Shown: in pieces, positions 13,834 to 24,986 of the stretch | Position numbering within the stretch: the first letter of the stretch is position 1 | Layout of the letters: each line of letters starts with the position of its first letter | Origin: Auanema rhodensis | Taxonomy: Eukaryota; Animalia; Nematoda | Assembly: GCA_964057225.1 (NCBI GenBank) | Contig: OZ059896.1 | Span: 17,670,001-17,734,000, forward strand | Reading direction: 5' to 3' | DNA: 64,000 nt | Made by a program: the position numbers and the translations under genes | Notes under the pieces: model-generated | The model's input: only the letters and a program-made list of their open reading frames with translations | The model's database searches: none | Told to the model about the DNA's origin: nothing

Positions 13834-16664
13834 GAATATTTAGTATATAAAATAATTTTATTTATATATGTATAAACTGAAAACTATAACATTAAAATGT
13901 TTTGAAATACAATAATATAACATGTTCTTGAAGAAAAAAAACTTTTTTTTTCACTTTTTTAATGGCTTTTCACATGCGCGGGCGCCAATTACTTCATCTC
14001 AGTGATATAATAATAATAATAATTTATTATTATTATTAAATTTATATATTTTGTATTTAATATTTAATTATTTTTTCTTAACAAATAATAATTATTATAT
14101 TCTTCTTTTTCTTCTCACTATTATTATTATTAATTGTATAAATGATAATTTATATTAAACATTGAAACCAAAAAAAGTTTTTTTTGACTTTCACTCTCGT
14201 TCAAAAATTGTCTGTGATTTTTCAACTTTATTTTGAACTTTTAAGATATTTATATATATTTAAATATATATATATATATATTATATTGAAATAAATTCTA
14301 ATATTTAGCTATTTTTATTTATATTTGTGAACACAGAAACGCTGAAAGAGTCGGAACAAGGTAGCTGCTGACCAAGGAATAGCATGATGAAATAAACTTG
14401 ATGATTGAATTTCTAGAAGAAGAAAAAGAAAAAAGTAAGAAGCTTCTGGATATATCGGTTGGAGAGAACTATTTGGATACTTGAACAACAGCTGTGTTAC
14501 TAGTAGTTGAATTGAAAAATTGAAAAAGAGAATGCATTTGCTCTTCACATTCATTGCTTGAGCACTAAGACAATAGCCTGGTCTTGAGTTAAAATGAGAA
14601 AACGAACGAAAAAAGAGAAATAGAGAGGGAGGGTGAGAGAGAGGGAGAGAGAAAGAGAGAGAGTGAGAGCTAAAACTTGGGTTTTTTAAAAAGTTTTTGA
14701 TCAGAAGGGATATGTATTCTACTTTTAGATATGCTGATCATGAACAACATGATGTATTTGCTTCCTGAATTATTAACAGTTGAGTTGTTGAGTGCAAACT
14801 TTCTTTTTTCAAAACTTGCATGTCAGTGACAATCGGCTAACAGGGAACTCTTACCTTGTGATGATAATTGACGTATTTAGAGCAAGTAGGCAGAGAACTA
14901 GAAGGAACTTTTCCGGTCCATTGCGATGTGATACTACTATTTCAAATATATTGCCTCTTTGGGGGGATTATAAGGAAACAGAGAACCAATAGAGAAATGA
15001 TTAAGATCATATGATTTGACGTATTTCATTCAGGAATAAATATGAATTCATTGGTTTATAAATGACTTTTAAACTTGAAACTTTATGAGAAAAGGGAGAA
15101 TGAAGAAAAGTAGTCTTTTGGGTGAAATTCAATAAATGAAACAAACAACTATCAGACGAGATTCACAGATTGTCGTAACCTAGAGCTGATACAAGGAACC
15201 AACACAAGAGAACATGAATTAGAGAAGATATCTAGTGCGTTAAACGTAAATCTGTTAAAAGGAAGAGTGAGTGTGAGAGCGAAAAATCGAAAAATGTCTT
15301 TATGCGTAGCACCTTGTACCGTTCTTCGTCTGTTATTTAGAAAATTCGATGTTTCATAAAACAATTTTTCATAGTTTGATGTAATAAAACGTTAGATTTG
15401 TGGGAAAATCAAGGAAAAACTATGTTACACATCTAGAAATCTTCACTTTTCCTTCCTGCAAATCAGGAAATTTTGCCGTAAATGATCGTACAGTTCAATT
15501 ATTGTTCATTGACAAATTGCCCCCCGGGATTTATATATATATATATATTTATTATATATAAGTGGATAGATAATTAATGCCCCATTAAACTATTATATAA
15601 TTGGGATTTATTTATTTTTTTAAATATTTTTAAGACCTTTAAAAGTATTGAAACATCCAACAAGAACATTTTATTAATTTTACATGTTTTGAAAAATTAT
15701 TTGAAAAATTCTCGTAGTTATTAAGTATGAAAATATATTGAATTAAGTGAAATTTACAAAATTTATTCTCAAATTCTATACATAATACAGGAACATACAA
15801 AATAATGAAATTACGATTGGACATACATGCGTGACTACAATTTCTACAAAAAAAAGTTTTTTTTTTTTGAAATTTTAAGATGATGTAGTAGCCATATATA
15901 TAAAAGAAAATGAGAGGGACAGGCCAGAAAGAAAGATAGAGAGAGAGAGAAGGGAGGAAGGGAGGAAGAAGGAAAGAGAAAGCGGGGAAGGAACGGGAGA
16001 GGACATGAGTATAGCTGGGAGTAGAGAGAGGGCGAAAATAGGACCATGTTTCCGACATCATGTACATCCATAGGAAAAAGCCATGCGTGCCAGCATCTTA
16101 GCAACTTAGCAGCTTAATGGAAACAAGAATCTTTTACCCGAAAATAGGCTGAGGGTTTTGATGATGAATGGATGACGAATATAGAAGTATAAAAGTAGGC
16201 AAAATAATGATGAAGATATAGATATACAATAGTATTCACTTATTCACTCGTTCCTCTATTTATGATGACATATGACATATATCACTCGTATAGTTAGTTA
16301 AAGGCTTATATAGTTTAATCATTATCTATTCAAATTTGTTCCCTAAATTTTTTTTTGTTTTTGAAATATTATCTCTTCTTCAATAAATCATTTCAAATTA
16401 TCAGAATTCTAATGTTACTACTACAAAAATAAGCTAAATCTAAATCTGATGAAATTTGGATGAAAAAAAGGTTTTAAGTTTCAAAAGTAAGTTGGTGAGG
16501 ATGAAGCTTGTACTTGAAGAAAGACTAATATTATATATAATAGATATGTATTTAAGGTATGGAAATGAAAACAAAAATAACAAATAAGGATATGAAGTAG
16601 ATAACAAGCAGTAACATTAATTGGAAAATTGTTTTGCTTAATTTTTTTTAATAATAATTGAAAA

Positions 16665-16718
<54 letters not shown>

Positions 16719-16774
16719 TAGAGAAAGAGAGAGAGTGCTAACGGGGTTGTCAAATAAGAGTTGGAATGCCAAGA

Positions 16775-16940
16775 GGTATAGAGAGGTAGAGAGTGGTAGA
16801 GAGAGAGGTAGAGAGAGAGGTAGACAGAGAGGTAGACAGAGAGGTAGACAGAGGTAAAGAGAGGTAGAAGGAGAGGTAGAGAAACAGGTAGAGAGAGGTA
16901 GAGAGAGAGGTAGACAGAGGTAAAGAGAGGTAGGGAGGTG
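16775..16940. repeat. Degenerate GAGGTAGA(C/G)A minisatellite (10-14 bp units)
   Basis: Tandem gagaggtagaca/gagaggtagaga units visible directly. Confidence 0.85.
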
Positions 16941-17221
16941 GAACAAGAGAGAATATTCGTAGTAATAATTAAAAAAAACAAATGTTGATAATATTTTTTA
17001 AAACAAAAATATTTCAATCATTATTTTGAGCCTAAACATATATATCTATATATCTATATATATATATATATATATAGATATATATATAATATATAATATA
17101 TATTATAATTATATATAATTATAATTATTCATTATAAACTGAAAACAAATCATTTTTTCTCTGAGGGTTGTATACCAGAAAAGGAAAATGTTGAAAAATG
17201 ATATGTCGTGACAACATTCTC

Positions 17222-19568
17222 TTAAGAAAATTCTTTTTCTTCTGTAGTAGTTTCAGTTGTTTGATTGGATTCTACTCTCCCCTCTAACCATCGATTGTAT
17301 ACATCCTAAATGAAAGACAAATCATGAAAAAGCTATTCCAAGTTGTTGATAATATGATAATCAAAATATTTTTGTATTGAAATTTCTATTTTAATTGAAT
17401 TTTTCCTTGAAAAATATCTATATTTACCTGGTAATGCTCGATATGATGTCGATTTAGGTGACCCATGAAGTTACTACTACATGGTGATCTGACCAGAACA
17501 TTACAAAGTTGACACTGTGCCTGCCCATCTGCGGTACGACGAAACAATTCCCAAACCTGGAAATGGATAAGAAGTGATCGATTCTTTCCAATTTATGTGA
17601 CACAGGAAGATGTATAGTTAGTATGAATGTAAGAGATAGAGAGAGAATAAAGAGCGAGAGAGAGAGAGACCAAATTCAAACTGAAGCTTACCGGATGCTT
17701 TGTGCGGCGGTTTCTGCGACTGCCTCGTCGATCAGGGTTCCAAGGTAACGCTGGATCGAACTGCATCTGCTGGTTGTTGTATCCATCAAAATTGTTGGAA
17801 ACTCTACAGTAGATTAATTATAAATTCTATTCATATTTGAGATTTTGTCACTTTAAATTCTGTATATTCCCGTTTTGCCAATGATTACTGTAGCTTGAGT
17901 ACTTACTACCATCAGCCGAATCTTCCAAGTTGTTACCAATATCCTGATGATGACGTTCAATATGTTTACTCATATTGGTAGCACATGCAGATTTGACCAG
18001 CTTAACGAGTTTATTATAATACATTTCAATGATAAATACAATGAACTTACTCTAGCACACATATTACACTGTACACTCTTATCATCGATACGTCTGAAAA
18101 AGGTCCAGACGGGATTTTTGGTTGGACGACCACGTTTTGATCCTCCGGCTCCGCGACGTCGGGGAGATCCTGTATCCGTCGTTTCAGGGCTATCCAATGG
18201 CTGCAAACATCATATCCTATCTTACTATCTAGCTATCAGCTGATAAACATGTTTTGTTTGTTCCAGTAGTTGGCATTTTCAGCTTTCTCATATGATTTCG
18301 GAAAAGAACACTAAGGTTTTCTTCAATTTTTGTGAGATTGTAGTCTTGACCTCTCTCTCTTTCTCTCTATATATATCTATCCATCTATCTCTGTCTCTTT
18401 CTATTTCTCTTTCGCTTTTCTCTCTATCTCTCTTTCTCTCTCTCCCTCTCTCTTTCTCCGTTCGATAGTTCAATTTCAACGTCAAAACAACTTGATAGAA
18501 TCATAGGCTCAATACGACCATGACATCGTGATCCAGGTCCGAGACTTTAGAGGTGACGGCGCCGTTGTCGACGTTCACAATGTAGACGTCGAAGGCTAAA
18601 AACCTGAACGGCGCCTCTCGAACGGGCACATCACCAACCACGACGACGATGATGTGGATGAGTTGATGACGTGAACATAGTATTGGCAAAGGGTATGCAG
18701 GGTATAAACGTATTGATGTGCTGTGCACCGTCAAGCCCGAATTGGCATGCCAGTTGCAGCGCCATTGTCGTCAGATTTCGATCCAACGGTGAGTTTTCAT
18801 TGACCTCTAATAGGTAGTCAGCCTCGTTCCTTCTTCTTTTCTTCTACTATATCTTCCTCTCTTGTCTTTCTATTTCAATCTCCGTCTATCAACTGATATA
18901 TTCTCATTTTGCTTTTCATGGTAAAATGACGAAATGACATTGGGTTTTGCCAGGCGGAGGGATCGTTTCAGGTCGGCAGTAGAGGATCGGTCAAGCCAGT
19001 CAATTTACATTAGATGGTCCAACAGCGATTAGTATACCGTATCGTATGATGTAATATGTTTAACATAGTAATACCAAATGTGTACGAAATAAGAAACATA
19101 GAGAAGTAGATAGATGCTTACCTTCCAATGATCCTCAGGAGATGGTATGACGTGTTGTTCAACAGGTGGACATGGAGGATTTGGGTTTTGAGCTGATGGT
19201 CCAGCAGTAGAAGTATAGTAGAAAACAGGACTTTGAATAGGTAAAGCACTATGATAAGGATCTTGTTGATAAGGTACAGGAGGCTTAAAAAAATAAAATT
19301 CAATAAGTTTAGAAGATATTAAATGCGTGAAAGCTAATTGATATCATAAGCATGTAAGACTACATACAAGTACGATCAATAGAACATGTTTCAACTTTTA
19401 GAACTTAAAACTTACATGTTGAAATGGATAAGTAGTTGTAGTAGTTGGTGATGGTAATAGAAGAAATGATGTAGCCGTTGGATCGTAAACTTCTTTTACA
19501 TCATAATAGTTATGAGGAGCTGTTGTAGCATACGGTAGCTCATGCTGCATGAACGACATACCATTCAT
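17222..19568 (-). CDS. Double BED zinc-finger DNA-binding protein (7 exons), no transposase domain
   Basis: ATG at 19568 (MNGMSFMQHELPY...), then a Pro/Tyr/Gln-rich N-terminus. Finger 1: SKRGRPTKNPVWTFFRRIDDKSVQCNMCAR/LVKSACATNMSKHIERHH. Finger 2: RTKHP/VWELFRRTADGQAQCQLCNVLVRSPCSSNFMGHLNRHH. Both fit the BED pattern PVW..F...CxxC...N+..H+...H. All introns GT-AG; TAA at 17222-17224. Confidence 0.88.
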
Positions 19569-22500
19569 GTTCAAAGTAAACCTCTCGTTCAGTATAGGTC
19601 TTTATACCTTAAATAGAAAATATTTTTCATAATAAAAAGAAAAAATAATTTTATAAAATTATAATTTATAACTTACAAAGAAAATGAAAAAATAAAAAGA
19701 GTTAAAATAAGAAAAAGAAACAATTTAATATGATATAACAAAATATATAATATACATCAAAAAGTAAACAAATAATTAGATATACAATAATAAACTATAA
19801 ATTAAAACTGTTCCTTATGTTTTTGTTTTTAAAATTGTTTAAAAAAAACTTCTACGCAAAAGAAAGGAAAAAAAAACTTTAACTTTCAATAAATTTTTTG
19901 AATTAAAAAAAAAATTTTTTTTGCACTTTTTTAAAAATAAAAAATAAAAGAAAAACAGATTGTTTCTGTATAATTAGTTGAAACATTAATTAAGTAAAAT
20001 AGTTTTAAATGGTTTAGAACATGGATGGTTTGATGCAGAAGATTGAAGAAATGAAAAAACTGTATAAGGTTAGAGCTGAGAATAACCGCAAGGATAGTGG
20101 GAGGAGTCACTCTAATTACCGTATGTGCAAAATGCGTGCAAATTTTAAAGATGAAAAGAAGATGTAAAAGAAGGAAAGTTAAAAAAAAACTATTTTTTCA
20201 TTTTCTTGCAAAGAAAAAGCACAAATAGGATATCAAAATCATGTGTGGAGAAGCAAGGAACACTCTCTATATGAACAACTACACTCGAGACGAAGGATAC
20301 ATACAAAACTAAAGAAATATATTAAATTGAAGAAAAAAAAAGGAAACAAGACTTGGTTTTCTGGATTCGTCGGACTTTCTCTGATTTTTTTTGCATAGTA
20401 AGGTGTTTTAAACGACAATATTAACGTCGACGACAACTGTCGGTTTGCTACCTATGCGTATAGAGAAGGAAGAATTGCGATCCAGTCGTCTAGCCAGTAC
20501 TCCCGCATCGTGTTCGCCATCTCGTAAGGCAAAATGTGCTGATGATGATGAAGATGATGCTTCAAATTTGATTCTGGTGGTCGTCGTGTCACGGATTCAG
20601 GGAGAGGGTAATGATGTAGGTAGTACTGGCAAGAATCTTTAGATATCGGTGGTGGATGTTGAGATTAGGAGAGAGACAGTTAAGAGAAACTTATGCTTTT
20701 GATTCAATGAATATAATAAAAAATATTTTATTCGCTTGAGAAAAAGAAAAAGCGTTTCACCGTCGATGGCTTGTGTGGCCAAGGGGTTCACCAGAGAGGA
20801 CAACAAGGTAATGACATGAAAGTGAGTTGTGAAAATGGGGGGACGGTGACACTGGGTTGCATTCTGATGTTTTTGACTATCTCTAAAGATGTGAAATAGG
20901 AACTAAAGGTTACCCTAAACTGAATGAACGGAAGCTGCACAGCATCTGTTTCTTTCTTTCGTATTGCCACCTCTCTAACTCTCTATTTGATTCAATCTTC
21001 CACTGTCTCTGTTACTTCATGTATTCATCAGACGGAGAATATCAAGACGAACGTTGTAAGAGAGGCGAAGAACGGTTATCAAGGTAGACTAACGTCTTTG
21101 TATTGATGTTTGTGATGTAGTTGTCTAGTCAATCTCTTTTCCTCTCCTTCTTTCTTGCTCTATCTATTCCTTTATTTCTTGGTATCTTCAACCTTTTCAT
21201 CGTAATCATGATTTTCTAACTTTTGTTTCCTTGTAATGTTCTGGCTTCTCTTTTATTTCTACACACTACTAGCCAAACCTTTTCCCCCGTCGTCTTCCAC
21301 TTTCCAACACCATCACCGCTCTCCCCTCGTGAACGCGCGTTATTCTTCATATCCAACCATCTCTTCTTATATGTGGTTTGTATGTGCGTATGCGAGTAAA
21401 ACGACCAGAAAAAACTGAAATTCGAAGTAAAACGACGGACAGGCGGAATGGAGCAGGCTGAAAGATGAGAGTCTGATGAAAATGAAGTTTATAAAGGCAA
21501 ATCACATAGTCAACCCCCCCCCCCCACAAACCATGCAGCCTTCATTCATTCAACCCACAACACCACCCCCCCCCCCTTTTTTTCTTACCCCCAGAACGAC
21601 AACGAACATCATCACCATTTCATCAAGTCAATAACGGTGAAGAAGATGAAGGCGATGAAGACGAACCATCAGTACGACTTCAACGACGATGAAGACAGCG
21701 ACGACGTCGGCGCCAGCACATCTGGGGTTTGGAGATACAGATAGAACGACAAGACTTGACCGTTTCTACACATTCACCTCTCTGTTTTATGTGTATTAAA
21801 TAGATAAAATGAAGAAAAAGAGAAAAGTGTTGAGAGGGGGATGGGGGTGACTGTATTCCAAGTCACATCATATCACATCTACTTCGTTTGAAATTTAAAA
21901 CTTCATATTACATAACATACAATTCTATTTAAATAAGTAACATATATACTTTTAATATCAAGTTTTCTAACAGATGGAAAGATGTTGACGAAAGTAAGGT
22001 ATCCGTGGTATGTGTATCCTCATTGAAACATACATGCCCTGTTGTAAGCCATCATGCTTTGTTGAAATGACATGACGAGCTCAAAATATAAAGTTCAGAT
22101 CCAGACGTTGATCAGAGTATTGACTTTAATTTTTCATGAAAACGATTTTTTTTCCAGATTTTGTAAATTCTTGTTATTTGTGATACAAAAGGTTCAAAGT
22201 TTAAGTTTGATCTCTCAGAATTGAGAAATAAGAGAAAAACCGAACATTTCCAATTGAACAGATAGTTCAATGTACTCACTGGTATTTATAATGTATAAAT
22301 AAATAATAAATAAACATGTAAATATGTATATTTTTCATAATTTTGGGTTAAAAATTAAAAAAATATTATAATATTTATAATTAATTATAAAATGAAAATA
22401 TTTTATTTATTTCAAACAATAATGTACAATCTTGTTTTTGTTCTTTAAAATAAAGAACGAATGTCATGGATAAAACAAGAAAAAATAACAAAAAAAAAAT

Positions 22501-22799
22501 AAACAAATAAAAATAAATTAAATGAAGAAATAAAACTGATTTTTCTTTTTTTTTTGTTATTTTAAATATAATGAATATACATATTATTTATATATATAAC
22601 ATATGAATAATTAGCTGAGATATATGTAGATTTTGGAAGATATCACCGAGTTTAATGAAATAGAATGTTCAAAATATTTGATTATACATATAAATATATA
22701 TTTCTTCTAAAGTTTTTTTTTCTAATTTATATACAAAAGATTTGAAAAAAAAGTGTGTTCCCCTTGTCCAGTAATGAAATCCATGGTATGTACGTAAGT

Positions 22800-23783
22800 T
22801 TACATGTCTTCTTGGTCTCTTTTCTTTTTCCATGCCTCATATTCCTGTAAGCCTAGTGCTTTACGGAAATGATCTTCAACTAAAAAATAAATATTTCAAT
22901 TATATATATATATTAATATTTGAAACATACTATCAATATTTTTTGAATTTATAACCTGTACTGAGGAATTTGAATTAAATGAAGGATGTCGTCTGAATGG
23001 TGAAGCTCTACTCTGAAAAATATATTTTATTTTATTAATATATATTAATATTAATATTTATAAATATTATATTATTAGATATAAAAATTCTTTCCATATT
23101 TCTTAAGATTAAAAACTATCTAATTATCTAAAAGATAATAATATAATACTCAGATTACTGATTATTCATAAGTTTCACAATATTATTATCATATAATTAA
23201 AATATTTTATATTTTATAATTTGTTATCTAAATTATTATTTCAAATGAATTATTATTATCATGTGAAAGTGATTAAAATTACTTTTTCATCTTCAGTTTT
23301 ACTTCTTCTCGGCCATTTGCCACTAAGAGATCGTCGAAAATGCTCATGAACATCAGGCTCAATGTTACTAGCGTTTGATACACTTCGACGTACAGTTGTT
23401 GAACGACCTATTATTATTATTATTAAATATAATATAATATAATATAATATAATATAATATATATTATTTATTAAATTTACCGTGTTTTTCAACAATAACT
23501 GTTGGACGAAATGTTTGAGATGGCACATTTGAATTAGTTATTACAGTTGTTGTTTCGATATTTTCCGTTTTTTCCTAAATTGTATAATTATAAATTAGTT
23601 TTAGGTAATAAATATTTTGTTTTTGTTACCTCTTTTGATTCTGGAGATAATTCAGATGACTCAAACATTTCATTTTTTGATGAATCAGTTAAGCCGACGA
23701 CGTCAATATCAATTTCTGGCTCCACAATCTGTATATGATGTCATTATATAAGAATATAAGATATGAAAACATTATACTAATTT

Positions 23784-23851
<68 letters not shown>

Positions 23852-24494
23852 TATATAATGAAATAACTTACATTATCTTACAAATTTATAAAATCAAAAA
23901 GTTGAAAAGGTTGAAAAAAGTTTTAAATAGCTAACTAACCACTGGAGCATTATGCATTTTAATTAAAGATTCATGAGTAGGATGTGGATGAGAAGGTAAA
24001 ACACGATTATATGAATTCGAATGTTGCAATAGATGATTCTGATATCCAGCAAGAATTGATGAATTTATATGTTGATTCAAATCTGAAGTTTCAATTTCAA
24101 AATAGAGTCTGTTAATGAATTTGAGGTAAAAATCTGATCCTATTCTATCAAATTTTTAAATATTCATAACTTACCAATAACTGTGCTTGTGGCAAAAGAT
24201 GTAGAAGGAACACATTGAGGTAGAACTCTCGAAGTACATGAGGATGCTGAGGACATCACACGAGGCGAATCAGTCATCCGATAGAGTTCTCCACTGCAAA
24301 CAATTCATATATGATATGAGTGAGGTAATGAAAGTATGATAAAAAGAAATATTTTATTATAAGTACATTTTTTCTTTAAAAAGTTACCGATGAACGGTTA
24401 TAGTTGTCGTTTTCATATTTACTTTCCATAATCTCTTTCTCTCTCTCTCCCTCCCTTCCTCCCTCTCTTTCTCTCTCTCTCCCTCCCTTCCTCC

Positions 24495-24533
<39 letters not shown>

Positions 24534-24926
24534 CCTATCATGTATATGTTATCACATGCCTCTGTGTATTTCAACCCTTCTAAGTAGTATACACCTTCAT
24601 TCTATTTATTCATATTTTAATAATAATAATATAAATTATTAAATTTATACATGTTTCTATATTAATTAATATTGAAATATAATTATATTTTCAGGCAGAA
24701 AAAATTTGAAACAAATCAAAATTCTTATTCTTGCCGATAATAAAATGATTTCAAATTCCATTGAAAATCAAAAATAAAATCAAAAAGTTGAAATTGCTAT
24801 TCTATAGTCATGATTGTAATACACAGATAAAGCTAAGGAATGTGAAATTTCTCAAATTTTATCACAAAAAATGTGAAAAAAAAGGAAAAAGAGTATACAG
24901 GTTGAGTACCTAATATAATAATAATA

Positions 24927-24986
<60 letters not shown>

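Noticed and set aside
15517-15529. TGCCCCCCGGG motif, repeated at ~45396
   Set aside because: Only two copies and an imperfect match to COE/AP-2-type sites; cannot be supported without conservation data.
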